Positions 18,969 through 29,246 of a DNA stretch of 64,000 nucleotides are shown one piece after another (positions within the stretch are counted from its first letter, which is position 1; every line of letters begins with the position of its first letter). The stretch comes from Anaerolineales bacterium. GTDB taxonomy: Bacteria > Chloroflexota > Anaerolineae > Anaerolineales > JABWBV01. Location: the NCBI GenBank assembly GCA_035512695.1, contig DATKDL010000227.1, forward strand, positions 6,941 through 70,940. Direction: 5' to 3'. Made by a program: the position numbers and the translations under genes. A model generated the notes under the pieces. The model ran no database searches, was not told the DNA's origin, and saw nothing but the letters and a program-made list of their open reading frames with translations.

Positions 18969-19838
18969 TTGCCATTGCGAAACCTGTTCTTCAGTCCAAA
19001 GGACGGCCGGCTGCGCGCCGGCTGGCGGATCGCTTTCTTTTTCGTCCTCTATTTTTCGATCACCTTCCTGCTGGCCATCCCCGCTTTTGCTCTCATGGGA
19101 TTCAACCCGGACGTTACCAACCCGCGCGACCTGCTTTTCGCATCGCTGATCGGCGGCATCGCCTCGGGGCTGGCTGTGTTTATGACCCGGCGGTCGATCG
19201 ACCGCAAATCCGTCGAGAGCCTGGGGCTGGCGCCCGCCCGGATGTGGCGCGACCTGCTCGCCGGCGTCGGGATTGGGACTTTGATGATCGCCCTGATCTA
19301 TCTGTTCCTGCTCGTCCCCGGCTGGCTCGTTTTTGAAGGTTTTGCCTGGGAAACCGACCCGTTCTCCGTCTGGGCGTTGGCGCTGTTGAACCTGACCCTG
19401 GCATTCATCCTGGTCGGGATCTCCGAGGAGGTCATGGTCCGGGGCTACATCCTCCAGAACATTGAAGATGGGCTGAACCTGCTCTGGGCCATCGTGATCT
19501 CATCATCCCTGTTCGCCCTGCTCCACCTTGGAAACCCGGGCGGTGCAGCATTCGGACCCATATTCGGGATTTTCCTGGCGGGGCTGTTTTTCGCCTACGC
19601 CTACCTCCGGACGCGCAGCCTGTGGCTGGCGATCGGTCTGCATTTCGGCTGGAACCTGGCGATGAATGCCGTGTTCGGTTTCGCCGTAAGCGGGGCAGAC
19701 GCACCCGGACTTCTCCACCAGGCGGTCACCGGGCCGGAGATATGGACGGGTGGGGCCTTTGGGCCGGAGGCCGGTCTGGTCCTGCTCCCGGCGCTGGCGG
19801 CAGGCGTGGCATTGGTGGCCTGGTACACCCGGGGCTGA
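18969..19838 (+). CDS. CPBP family intramembrane glutamic endopeptidase (CAAX protease/Abi)
   Basis: Motifs EEVMVRGY (EExxxR), FALLHL (FxxxH) and HFGWN. TTG start. Confidence 0.85.
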   Translation: MPLRNLFFSPKDGRLRAGWRIAFFFVLYFSITFLLAIPAFALMGFNPDVTNPRDLLFASLIGGIASGLAVFMTRRSIDRKSVESLGLAPARMWRDLLAGVGIGTLMIALIYLFLLVPGWLVFEGFAWETDPFSVWALALLNLTLAFILVGISEEVMVRGYILQNIEDGLNLLWAIVISSSLFALLHLGNPGGAAFGPIFGIFLAGLFFAYAYLRTRSLWLAIGLHFGWNLAMNAVFGFAVSGADAPGLLHQAVTGPEIWTGGAFGPEAGLVLLPALAAGVALVAWYTRG

Positions 19839-21364
19839 TGAACCTGCTGCTCGCCGCCTTTCCGATCCTGCTGATCCTCTACCTGATGGTCGCCCGCCGC
19901 TGGGGGGCCGCGCGCGCAGGCATAGCCGGATACCTGGCGGCCGTCCTCCTGGCCGCCACCGCCTTTGGCGCGGGTCTCGACGCCCTCTGGGTCGCCCACG
20001 CCAAATCCCTGCTGCTCTCGTTCGACGTGCTTTATATCGTCTGGGCGGCCTATCTGCATTTCCGCATCGCGGACGAGGCCGGGGCGATCACCGCCCTCGG
20101 GCGTGGGCTGCGCCGGCTGACGGCCGATCCCGGGATGCTGGCGCTCGTCCTGGGGTTCGCCTTTGCTTCGTTCCTGCAGGGGATCGGCGGGTTCGGGGTC
20201 CCGATCGCGATCGTGGCACCGATGCTGATCGGGTTGGGGTTCGACCCGCTGGCGGCCGTCGTGATCCCGGCGATCGGGCATTCCTGGGCGGTCACGTTCG
20301 GTTCGTTGGGCTCTTCCTTCCAGGCGCTGATCGCCTCGACCGGTCTGCCCGGCGAGGCGCTGGAAGTCCCGTCGGCGGCCCTGCTGGGTCTGATGGCGGT
20401 CGGCGCCGGGTTCGGGACCGCGCACGCAGCGGCCGGGGCCGCCGGCCTGCGCCGCCTGTGGTTGCAGACGCTGCTCCTGAGCGTGGGGATGGCGCTTGTC
20501 CAATTCGGGCTGGCGGCGGCCGGGCTCTGGAATATGGCTGCGACCGGCGCAGGGGCGGCCGGGTTGGGCCTGAGCGTTTTCCTGGCGACCCGGGACCGCT
20601 CCGCACGGCCCGCGCAGTGGACGGTCGAAGACCCGCGCCCGATCCGGGCGGCCTTCGGCGCCTACGCTGCGCTGGTGGCGATCATGGCCGCGATCCAGCT
20701 GATCGGACCGGTCAACGACCTGCTCGGCGCGGCGGCGTTGACGCTCGAGTTCCCGGAAGTCCGCACCTCGCAGGGGTTCACCGTTCCCTCGGAGACCGGG
20801 CGGGTGATCCACTGGTTTTCGCACGGCGGGGCGATCCTGGTCTATGCCTCGCTGGCCGGCTACCTGATCTTCCGCCGGCTCGGGCTTTATGGACCCGGGA
20901 CCGGGGGGAGGATCCTGCGCGACACCGCGCGCGGTGTCCGGTCATCCACGGTCAGCATTCTGGCGATGGTGGCGATGGCGTCGGTCATGAGCCATGCCGG
21001 GATGACCGACACATTGGCCCGCGGCATAGCGGCCGCGGTCGGGGCCGGGTTTCCGCTGGTCTCGCCCTGGATCGGCGCCTTCGGCGCATTTATGACCGGC
21101 AGCAATACGAACTCGAACGTCGTCTTCGCCGCCCTCCAGCAGCGGACGGCCGAGATCCTGGCGCTCAGCATCCCCTGGCTGTTAGGCGCACAGACCGCCG
21201 GCGGGGCGATCGGGTCGATCGTCGCCCCGACCAAGATCGTCGTCGGGGCGGCGACGGCGGGGCTGGAGGGCCGCGAGGGGGAGGTGATCCGGAAGCTGGC
21301 CGTTTATGTCATCCCGCTGATCCTGTTCCTGTCTGTCGTTACCTGGATTGCTACCCATCTGTAG
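19838..21364 (+). CDS. L-lactate/glycolate permease family transporter
   Basis: MNLLLAAFPILLILYLMV start overlapping the upstream TGA (TGATG). Polytopic LctP-like sequence throughout. The track start 19622 is an extension in the same frame. Confidence 0.85.
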   Translation: MNLLLAAFPILLILYLMVARRWGAARAGIAGYLAAVLLAATAFGAGLDALWVAHAKSLLLSFDVLYIVWAAYLHFRIADEAGAITALGRGLRRLTADPGMLALVLGFAFASFLQGIGGFGVPIAIVAPMLIGLGFDPLAAVVIPAIGHSWAVTFGSLGSSFQALIASTGLPGEALEVPSAALLGLMAVGAGFGTAHAAAGAAGLRRLWLQTLLLSVGMALVQFGLAAAGLWNMAATGAGAAGLGLSVFLATRDRSARPAQWTVEDPRPIRAAFGAYAALVAIMAAIQLIGPVNDLLGAAALTLEFPEVRTSQGFTVPSETGRVIHWFSHGGAILVYASLAGYLIFRRLGLYGPGTGGRILRDTARGVRSSTVSILAMVAMASVMSHAGMTDTLARGIAAAVGAGFPLVSPWIGAFGAFMTGSNTNSNVVFAALQQRTAEILALSIPWLLGAQTAGGAIGSIVAPTKIVVGAATAGLEGREGEVIRKLAVYVIPLILFLSVVTWIATHL

Positions 21365-21376
21365 GGACGCCTCGTT

Positions 21377-22138
21377 GTGGCGTCTCCAGATATCCCACCA
21401 CTATCCCACATGTTTCCCACGGTATCCCACATCCTGTACGATCTAGGAAACACGCTCCTGTATTTCCACGGGGACCGGGACGTCGTTTTCCGGCAGGCGG
21501 TGGCGGCGGCCGGGCGGGCCGGGGGGCGGTTCGGGCTGGATCCGGACCGGCAGGCGGAACTCACCCGGCGGCTGGCTGCCCGGCTGCTGTCGAACTACGC
21601 CCGGCGCGAGACGGACCTGATCGAGCTCGCGGCCGGGCTGGTTTTTGTCGAGGCAATGGTTTCGATGGGCTTCCCGCCGGATAACCGGGGCCCGGCGGAT
21701 GCGGTGATGTCCGCCTTCTACGCGGTCACGCAGACGCATTGGCGGCCGGTGCGGGGCGCGGAGCAGGCGCTGGCCCTGCTGAAGGAGATGGGGTACCGGC
21801 AGGCCGTGCTTTCCAACGCCGCCCACGATGAAGACGTCCAGGCCCTGGTGGACAAGGCCGGGTTGCGGCCATACCTCGACTTCGTCCTGACTTCGGCGGC
21901 GATCGGCCGCCGGAAGCCGGATCCGCAGCCCTTTCTGCGGGCCGCGGCGGATTGGGGCGTCTCCCCGGCCGTCGTCCTGATGGTCGGCGATATGATGTCC
22001 ATCGACGTCAGGGGCGCGCGCGCGGCTGGCATGGCCGCGGTATGGGTACAAAAATTTTCAAGGGATCCGTCCGGGGAGGTCCCTCCGGACGCAATGATCG
22101 AGACGGTCGTCGAACTGCCGCAGATACTAACAAATTGA
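21377..22138 (+). CDS. HAD family hydrolase
   Basis: Motif I DLGNT, motif II VLSNA, motif IV GDMMSIDVRGARAAG. GTG start. Confidence 0.8.
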   Translation: MASPDIPPLSHMFPTVSHILYDLGNTLLYFHGDRDVVFRQAVAAAGRAGGRFGLDPDRQAELTRRLAARLLSNYARRETDLIELAAGLVFVEAMVSMGFPPDNRGPADAVMSAFYAVTQTHWRPVRGAEQALALLKEMGYRQAVLSNAAHDEDVQALVDKAGLRPYLDFVLTSAAIGRRKPDPQPFLRAAADWGVSPAVVLMVGDMMSIDVRGARAAGMAAVWVQKFSRDPSGEVPPDAMIETVVELPQILTN

Positions 22139-22174
22139 GCCCCTGGGACCTGCGGTTCGTGGGGGTCAATTTTT

Positions 22175-24904
22175 TCAGTTTCTCCTTTTGAACCATTTCT
22201 CGACTTCGACTGCCACGAACACGACCGCGCTGAGCGCCATACAGAGCAGCAGTTCACCCGCGCTCAGGTCCATGGTGCCGAAGATGTCCTGCAGCGGCGT
22301 CCAGTAGATGACGGCTAGCTGCAGGACGAACGTCAGCGCCACCGAACCGACCATCAGCGGGTTGCTGAACAGGCCCAGGGTAAACAGCGATTCGCGCCCG
22401 GACCGGATCACGGTGGCGTGCGCCATCTGCGAGATCGTCAGGGTCGTGAATACGAGCGTGGGCCAGGTCGGCAGATCGATCGCCCAGCCCCAATACCCGA
22501 CTCCCAGCGAAACGGCACCCATCAGCAGCCCGATCCAAAGGATATGCCTGCCCATCCCGCGGGCGAAAATGCTCTCATTCGGCGCATACGGCGGCCGGTG
22601 CATCACGTTTTTCTCGGGCGCTTCGACCGCCAGCGCCAGGCCCGGTAGGCCGTCCGTGACCAGGTTGATCCACAGGATCTGCAGCGCGGTCAGGGGGAGC
22701 GGCATCCCGAAAAACGGGGCGAACAGCATGACGTAGATCTCGGCCGCGTTGCTCGTCATCGTGTACTTGATGAATTTGCGGACGTTGTCGAAGATCGTGC
22801 GGCCTTCCCGGACTGCGTTGACGATCGTCGCAAAGTTGTCGTCCAGGATGATCATATCGGCAGCTTCCTTGGCGACATCGGTGCCGGTGATCCCCATCGC
22901 CACACCGATATCGCTTTTGCGCAGCGCCGGGGCGTCGTTGACGCCGTCTCCCGTCATCGCGGCGATGTGGCCATTTCGCTGCAGCGCCTCCACGATCCGC
23001 AGCTTGTGTTCCGGCGAGACCCGGGCATAGACAGAGACCTTTTCGACGACCGCTTCGAGATCCTGGGGGCTCATCTCTGACAGATCGACGCCGGTGAGCA
23101 CCTCGCCTTCCCCGTCCAGGATCCCCAGGTCCTGGGCGATCCTTTTCGCGGTCAGCGGGTGGTCCCCTGTGATCATGAGCGGGCGGATCCCGGCCGCCCT
23201 GGCCAGTGCGACCGATTCCTTCACTTCGGCGCGGGGCGGGTCCAACATGGCGATCAGGCCGATGAAGGTCAGGTCCTGTTCGAGTTCGGCTTCGTCGACG
23301 CTCTCACCAGGATGGTCGGCGAGCGGCCGGAAGGCCACGCCGAGGACCCGCTGCCCGGCCTGGGCGAGTTCGTCGTTGGAGTCCTGGATGCGGCCGGCGA
23401 CCTCCGCATCCATCGGGATCTCCCCATCGCCGGACCAGACCCGGGTGCAGATTTCAAGCAGACCGTCGACCGAGCCCTTGCAGAAAGCGACGTAATCCGC
23501 ATGGCGCCAGGGGGCGTTCGAAGGATCATCGACCTCGATGGCGACCCGGTGGACGGTCGTCATGCGTTTGCGCTCGGAGGTGAACGGCGCTTCGGCGATG
23601 CGCGGCCAGCGTTTGTCCAATTCGGGCTTCCACAGGCCGATCTGCGCCGCGGCTGCGACGAGGGCGCCTTCCGTCGGATCACCGATCACGCGCAGGTCGC
23701 CGTCATGGTCGGTATCCTCCTCCAGGATCGCATCGTTGGCCAGCGCCGCCGCCTTGATCATCAGCCCCAGGCTGCGCACGGGCGGGGTGACGCCTTTGCG
23801 GAGTTCGGCATCGACCACCGGGAGACCGTCCTCGAGCAGGGTCTCCAGTTCCTGGGTCGAGCCGAGCACGTCCAGGACCGTGACCGTCATGCGGTTCTCG
23901 GTCAGTGTTCCGGTCTTGTCCGAGCAGATCACCGTCACTGAGCCGAGCGTCTCTACCGCCGGGAGTTTGCGGATCAGGGCTTGCCGGCGCAGCATCCGCT
24001 GGGCCCCCAGGGCCAGCGCGATCGTCACGACCGCCGGGAGCCCCTCCGGCACGGCGGCAACGGCCATGGCGACGGCGGTGAGGAACATTTCGGTCGGATC
24101 CTCCCCGCGGAGAATCCCGAGCGAAAAGACCAGGCCGACGATCAGCAAAGCCGCCCATGCGAGCGATTTGCCCAGCTGGTCCATCTTCCGCTGCAGCGGG
24201 GTCTGCTCGCTTTCAACGGCCTGGATCAACTCGGCGATCTTGCCGAGCTCGGTGGCCATCCCCGTCCCGGTAGCCACGGCGACGCCGCGGCCGTAGGTGA
24301 CTGCCGTCCCCAGAAAGACCATGTTTTGCCGGTCGCCCAGGGGAGCACCTGCAGCGACCGTCGTCGCGGCCGTCTTTTCGACCGGCACCGATTCGCCCGT
24401 CAGGGAGGCTTCCTGGATGCGCAGGTTAGCGCTCTCGATCAGCCGTCCGTCCGCCGGGATCGAGTCGCCCGCCTCGAGCAGGATGACGTCGCCTGGGACG
24501 AGTTCTCGGGATGGAAGTTCGAGCACGTGGCCGTCCCGGCGCACCTTGACCACCGGGGTCGCCATCCGTTTCAACGCCGCCATGGCCTGCTCGGCCCGGT
24601 ATTCCTGGACAAAGCCTAAAATGGCATTCAGCACGACGATCGCCAGGATGGCGATCGTGTCTTTCAAATCGCCGAGCAACCCGGAGATCAGGGCAGCCGC
24701 CAGCAGGACGATGACCATCGTCTCGCGAAACTGGCCGAGCAGGATGCGCCAGGGGGAAATGACGCCTCGCTCGACCAGTTCGTTTAGACCGTATTTCGCC
24801 TGCCTGGATCGCACCTCCTGATCCGGCAGGCCGGTTTCCGGTTCGACGCCCAGCTCGGCCACGGTATTTGCAACGGTTTTGGTGTGCCAGTTGTTTTCGC
24901 TCAT
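22175..24904 (-). CDS. Cation-translocating P-type ATPase (P2, Ca2+-type)
   Basis: DKTGTLT phosphorylation site, [20 protein letters not shown], ten-TM layout, and an N-terminal cation-ATPase domain. Confidence 0.95.
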   Translation of the reverse strand: MSENNWHTKTVANTVAELGVEPETGLPDQEVRSRQAKYGLNELVERGVISPWRILLGQFRETMVIVLLAAALISGLLGDLKDTIAILAIVVLNAILGFVQEYRAEQAMAALKRMATPVVKVRRDGHVLELPSRELVPGDVILLEAGDSIPADGRLIESANLRIQEASLTGESVPVEKTAATTVAAGAPLGDRQNMVFLGTAVTYGRGVAVATGTGMATELGKIAELIQAVESEQTPLQRKMDQLGKSLAWAALLIVGLVFSLGILRGEDPTEMFLTAVAMAVAAVPEGLPAVVTIALALGAQRMLRRQALIRKLPAVETLGSVTVICSDKTGTLTENRMTVTVLDVLGSTQELETLLEDGLPVVDAELRKGVTPPVRSLGLMIKAAALANDAILEEDTDHDGDLRVIGDPTEGALVAAAAQIGLWKPELDKRWPRIAEAPFTSERKRMTTVHRVAIEVDDPSNAPWRHADYVAFCKGSVDGLLEICTRVWSGDGEIPMDAEVAGRIQDSNDELAQAGQRVLGVAFRPLADHPGESVDEAELEQDLTFIGLIAMLDPPRAEVKESVALARAAGIRPLMITGDHPLTAKRIAQDLGILDGEGEVLTGVDLSEMSPQDLEAVVEKVSVYARVSPEHKLRIVEALQRNGHIAAMTGDGVNDAPALRKSDIGVAMGITGTDVAKEAADMIILDDNFATIVNAVREGRTIFDNVRKFIKYTMTSNAAEIYVMLFAPFFGMPLPLTALQILWINLVTDGLPGLALAVEAPEKNVMHRPPYAPNESIFARGMGRHILWIGLLMGAVSLGVGYWGWAIDLPTWPTLVFTTLTISQMAHATVIRSGRESLFTLGLFSNPLMVGSVALTFVLQLAVIYWTPLQDIFGTMDLSAGELLLCMALSAVVFVAVEVEKWFKRRN

Positions 24905-25044
24905 ATCACCTTGATCGCACCCTGAATTATTAACTGCTCAGGCTGTCGCTGAGAATGTCGCGTGTGGAATTGAACTATGAATTCACTATCGTAAATGCAC
25001 CGCCACCGATCATACCCATATTATATGGGGGAACGTGTTGGGTT

Positions 25045-25095
25045 GGCGACATTGGGGGCGGCTGCGGCTCCAACGAATCCGCCCCCAATATCGCC
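25045..25095. repeat. Hairpin of the GCGAxATTGGGGGCGG family, downstream of the antiporter gene
   Basis: GGCGACATTGGGGGCGG ... CCGCCCCCAATATCGCC: 17-bp stem with 1 mismatch and a 17-nt loop. Confidence 0.5.
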
Positions 25096-25122
25096 CGTTC
25101 TCCGAATATCCGGATTGGTTCT

Positions 25123-27033
25123 CTAATCGAACATGACCGTGACCTGGTCCAGGCTTTCCCGTGAGCCGACCAGGGTGACCTGGTCCTTCAAATAAAGCCG
25201 CGTATGGCCCATCGAAATGATCGGGTGGCCGTTCCGGCTTACGGCCATGATGAGAACGTCAGCCGGGAGCTGGAGATCTCGGATCGCAACACCGTGCAGG
25301 TCCGGATCGCGCACCTCGAGGTCGATGATGTCGTGGTCGTCTTCCATGCCCAGGATCAGGGAGGCGGCTACCGGTGAGCGTACCAGGTGGTCGAGCAGGC
25401 TCACGATCGCAGTGGCTGGGTCGACGATCAAGGCCCCAAGTTCGTGAAAACTGGAAAAGTGGTTCCGATCGTCCAGCAAGACGATAAAATCCCGCACACC
25501 GAAATGTTCGTAGTTCAGCTCACACAAGCGATAATTCTCATCATCCGAAAGCAGGGCGACGACCGCGTCGGCCCGATCCATCCCGAGAGATTTTAGCGCC
25601 TTCCGGTCGAGTTCGCCCTCTTGAAGGACGATCTCCACATCCTGATCGTCCACATTGACCATGTTCTCCGCGTGGCAGCAGATGATGCGAGATTGCCAGC
25701 CATGCGCCTTGAGCTGGCGTGCCAGCGCCAGCGACTGGTTGTCCAGTCCGAAGATGAGGGCGTCCCGCACGCCGTCGAATTCGGAATCGCCCGCGCGGGG
25801 GTGCGCCTCTCCGGTTTTGCCGAGCACCCATTTGAAAAAGGGCGGTCCGATCAGCTGGCTGACGACGATTCCACCGATTAACAGGGTCGCTAACGGGTCG
25901 CCCCAGGGGCTGAATTCGACGGCCACTTCCTTCGCCAGTCCCACGCTCACGCCGGCCTGGGTGATATATGCGAAGCCGTACAGCAAGTTGTGTTTCATCG
26001 GATCGCCGGCCGCGATCCCGCCCAGCAGGCTGCCCAGGTACAGACCGGCGAAACGCACGACGACCAGGACCAGGATGATGATCCAGGAGGCGGTCAAAAC
26101 TTGCAGATTGAGGGCGATCCCTACCGCGGTGAAAAAGGCGATGAAGACGGGCACGGAGAGGACGTCGATCACGTGATGGAATTCGCCGCGATAGCGAGTG
26201 TAATTGACCAGGTAGAACCCGGCCGTCATGCAGATCAGCAGCGGCTCCGAGAACAACCTTAGACCGAAGAGATGGAACTCACGCAGCTCAGCCGACAGGG
26301 TGAAGACGCCGTAGCCGAGTGCAAGGATCAGGAGCGGTTTGATCCGCACCAGCGGCAGCGATAAAAGGCCGCGCAGCGCCAGTCCTATGAGTACCCCCAT
26401 CACGATGTCGATGGCGATTTCGGTCACGACGATGGCGAGCAGGTTCAGCGTGAACCCGCCGCCCCCGACCAGTCCGGACGCGATCGAGACTGCCGTGGCG
26501 AAAACGATGATGACGACGGCGTCTGTCAGGACGGTGACTCCCATGACCATGGAAGTGAACTTGCCTTTGGCGCGCGTTTCCTTGATGATCGCAAGGACAG
26601 AGGAGGGCGACCGGGCGACCATGATCGTCGCAGCCAGCAGAGCGATCGCAAATATCTCCTGGAATCGGGTCAGCGGCTGCATGAACGGGATTTGGTCGGC
26701 CAGCAGGATAAAAGCCAGGATCCCGACAATCAGGATGACGACGGTCTGCGCGCTGAGGGCGGTCAGCAGGCCGCGGAGATTCCCGCGCACGAACCGGACC
26801 TGCAGCTCGCCACCGGCCGCAAAGGCGATGAAAGCCAGGGCGGTCCGGTCGATGAAACGCAGGTTCCCGACCGCTTCGGCCGGGAAGAGGCCGAGAACGT
26901 ACGGCCCGGCGACCAGGCCGGCGACCAGGAAGCCGGAGATCAGCGGCAGGTGATAACGCTTGAAGAGATCGCCGATCTGGCGGGAGGCCAGCGCGATGAA
27001 CAGGAAGGCAGCCAGGAAGATGATAAAATTCAC
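25123..27033 (-). CDS. CPA2-type cation:proton antiporter with C-terminal RCK (TrkA-N/TrkA-C) domains
   Basis: Na_H exchanger-like membrane domain of about 400 aa, then a soluble region ending in an RCK_C-like LEVRDPDLHGVAIRDLQLPADVLIMAVSRNGHPI. Confidence 0.9.
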   Translation of the reverse strand: MNFIIFLAAFLFIALASRQIGDLFKRYHLPLISGFLVAGLVAGPYVLGLFPAEAVGNLRFIDRTALAFIAFAAGGELQVRFVRGNLRGLLTALSAQTVVILIVGILAFILLADQIPFMQPLTRFQEIFAIALLAATIMVARSPSSVLAIIKETRAKGKFTSMVMGVTVLTDAVVIIVFATAVSIASGLVGGGGFTLNLLAIVVTEIAIDIVMGVLIGLALRGLLSLPLVRIKPLLILALGYGVFTLSAELREFHLFGLRLFSEPLLICMTAGFYLVNYTRYRGEFHHVIDVLSVPVFIAFFTAVGIALNLQVLTASWIIILVLVVVRFAGLYLGSLLGGIAAGDPMKHNLLYGFAYITQAGVSVGLAKEVAVEFSPWGDPLATLLIGGIVVSQLIGPPFFKWVLGKTGEAHPRAGDSEFDGVRDALIFGLDNQSLALARQLKAHGWQSRIICCHAENMVNVDDQDVEIVLQEGELDRKALKSLGMDRADAVVALLSDDENYRLCELNYEHFGVRDFIVLLDDRNHFSSFHELGALIVDPATAIVSLLDHLVRSPVAASLILGMEDDHDIIDLEVRDPDLHGVAIRDLQLPADVLIMAVSRNGHPIISMGHTRLYLKDQVTLVGSRESLDQVTVMFD

Positions 27034-27097
27034 AATGGGTATTTTACCAAACTGTTCATAAGCGGCTCAAGCGGGGAAGTACATCAGAGGTATTCGC

Positions 27098-27988
27098 ATG
27101 CATCTGCTCTTCATCATCCTGGACGACCTGCAGCGCCTGCCGGATCTGCTGGCCGCCTGGCGGAAGATCGGCGTCCGCGCGACGCTGGTCACCAGCCAGG
27201 GCGGTTACCGGACGGGAAACTGGCTCGATCGGGTGGGGCTGGGCGGAGTGAACCGCCTGCTCTCGGGTGACCACTCGCACGGGCAGCGGCTGTTGTTCAG
27301 CGTGGTGAAAAGTGAGGCGCTGCTCGAGCAGGCGATCACCGAAGCCGAGCGCGTTGTGGAAGGCTTTGACCGTCCCGGCAGCGGGATCGTCTTCGTGATG
27401 CCCGTTACACGCACGCTGGGTCTGGACAAAAACCCACAGCCGGCGACTCCCGAAAAAAGCAGCGTCGTCTCCCCGGCCGGCAAACCGGGCTTCGACCCCA
27501 ACACGCCGATCTCCAGGATCGTCGACACGCTGGGGCTCGAGCCCTCCTTCGTCCGGCGGAACGATTCACTCGAGACCGTCGTGCAGGTGATGCTCTCGCA
27601 CCCCTCGGTCAATGTGGTCGGCGTTGTGAGCGAAGAGGGGCGGCTGATCGGCCTGATCGACATGGCCTCGCTCTCCGAGGCGCTGTTTTTCTCGGTCTTT
27701 CCCGAGTCCTACCTGGCGGAGCTGCACGACGTGGAGACCGTCATGGAATTCGTCAAGCGACCGCACGGCGCCTCCACGGCGGGGGATATCATGGGGGAGG
27801 CCGAGTTCGTCCACCGGGACGACACGCTGATGAAGGCCTTCAAAGTGCTCCAGCGCCGCAAGCTCGAAGGCATACCCGTGGTCGATGAACACAACCGACC
27901 GACCGGCTACATCCACCTGGTGGAGGTCATGGAGGCGTGCGTCCGGGTGCAGACTCGCCCGGACCCGGCAGGCGCCGATGGGATTTGA
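27098..27988 (+). CDS. PII-like (PstA/DarA-like) domain fused to a CBS-domain pair
   Basis: The N-terminal ~110 aa (MHLLFIILDD, TLVTSQGGYRTGN, GSGIVFVMPV) resemble the c-di-AMP receptor PstA/DarA. The C-terminal ~140 aa is a tandem CBS pair (VVGVVSEEGRLIGLID..., IPVVDEHNRPTGYIHLVE). Confidence 0.65.
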   Translation: MHLLFIILDDLQRLPDLLAAWRKIGVRATLVTSQGGYRTGNWLDRVGLGGVNRLLSGDHSHGQRLLFSVVKSEALLEQAITEAERVVEGFDRPGSGIVFVMPVTRTLGLDKNPQPATPEKSSVVSPAGKPGFDPNTPISRIVDTLGLEPSFVRRNDSLETVVQVMLSHPSVNVVGVVSEEGRLIGLIDMASLSEALFFSVFPESYLAELHDVETVMEFVKRPHGASTAGDIMGEAEFVHRDDTLMKAFKVLQRRKLEGIPVVDEHNRPTGYIHLVEVMEACVRVQTRPDPAGADGI

Positions 27989-29246
27989 AACCCTTGCGAC
28001 CGGCGTCATATTCCTGCTGACCTACGCCGCCATCGTCAGCGAGAAAATCCACCGGACGGTCACCGCGCTGGTCGGCGGGATGCTGATGATCATCCTCGGC
28101 GTGGTCTCCCAGGAGGAGGCTTTCCACGCCATCGATCTCAACGTCATCTTCCTGCTGGTCGGGATGATGGTGATCGCCAACGTCATGGCCGAGACCGGCG
28201 TGTTTCAATGGATGGCGATCCGGGCCGTTCAGCTTGGGAAAGGCCGTCCGGGCCGGGTCATGGTCATCCTCGCGCTGGTGACGGCCGTCAGCTCTTCGGT
28301 GCTGGACAACGTGACCGTCATCGTTCTGATCGCTCCCGTGGCCATCTTCGTCGCCGGAAGCCTTGGCGTGAGCCCGATCCCTTTCCTGATCACTTCCGTG
28401 ATGGCGTCCAACATCGGCGGGGCTGCGACGCTGGTCGGGGACCCGCCCAACATCCTGATCGGAAGCGCGGCCGACATCGATTTCTTCGAATTCCTCGTCA
28501 ACATGGCGCCTCCCGTGCTGATCTCGCTGGTCTGCTACGTCCCGATTATGTTGATGCAGTTTCGGAAACAGCTGGATATCGATCCCGAGAAAATCGAAGG
28601 GCTGCTGCACCTGTCCACTGAAGGCGTGATCACCAACCCGGACCTGCTGCGTCGATCGCTGATCGTCTTGGGGCTGATCCTGGTCGCATTTTTGCTCGAA
28701 ACCGTGACCCACCTGGAAACGGCCACGATCGCGATGGCAGGTGCGACTTTGCTGCTCCTCATTACCGGTTTCAACCCGGCCAGGGCCCTGGAAAAGGTGG
28801 AATGGTCGACCCTGTTCTTTTTCGTCGGGCTGTTCATCCTGGTCGAATCCGTGGTCGAGGTCGGATGGATCGAGCGAGCTGCGGGCGGGCTGCTCCGGCT
28901 GACGGAAGGGAACGTCCGCATCACGACACACCTGCTGCTGTGGGTTTCGGCGCTGGCTTCGGGGATCGTCGACAACATCCCGTACACGGCGGCGATGATC
29001 CCGCTGATCGAATCGTTGCGCAGTTCGATGAACATCGCGCCGCTGTGGTATGCCCTGGCGCTCGGGGCTGATTTTGGGGGGAACCTGACCCTGGTCGGCG
29101 CTTCGGCCAACATCGTGGCCGCCAACCTGGTCATGCATTCCGGGCACAGGATTTCGTTCCGGGAGTTTTTTCTTTACGGGATTTCAACCGTTTTCGTCAC
29201 GCTGGTCGTGGCAACCCTGTGGCTGGAATGGGCTTATCTTTCCTGA
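27978..29246 (+). CDS. ArsB/NhaD-superfamily (SLC13/CitMHS-like) permease
   Basis: MGFETLATGVIFLLTYAAIVSEKIHRT start typical of the family. ATG 27978 overlaps the upstream stop by 11 nt. The track start 27885 is an extension. Confidence 0.85.
   Translation: MGFETLATGVIFLLTYAAIVSEKIHRTVTALVGGMLMIILGVVSQEEAFHAIDLNVIFLLVGMMVIANVMAETGVFQWMAIRAVQLGKGRPGRVMVILALVTAVSSSVLDNVTVIVLIAPVAIFVAGSLGVSPIPFLITSVMASNIGGAATLVGDPPNILIGSAADIDFFEFLVNMAPPVLISLVCYVPIMLMQFRKQLDIDPEKIEGLLHLSTEGVITNPDLLRRSLIVLGLILVAFLLETVTHLETATIAMAGATLLLLITGFNPARALEKVEWSTLFFFVGLFILVESVVEVGWIERAAGGLLRLTEGNVRITTHLLLWVSALASGIVDNIPYTAAMIPLIESLRSSMNIAPLWYALALGADFGGNLTLVGASANIVAANLVMHSGHRISFREFFLYGISTVFVTLVVATLWLEWAYLS

Noticed and set aside
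22138-22170. Weak stem (CCCC...GGGG) followed by ATTTTTT between the HAD gene and the convergent ATPase gene.
   Set aside because: It has only a 4-bp GC stem with a 17-nt loop. That is too weak to call a terminator with confidence, although the T-run is suggestive.
24955-25164. 69-aa ORF in the AT-richer gap upstream of the P-type ATPase.
   Set aside because: It overlaps the antiporter 3' end and a family hairpin, has no Shine-Dalgarno sequence, and has no recognisable motif. Likely spurious.
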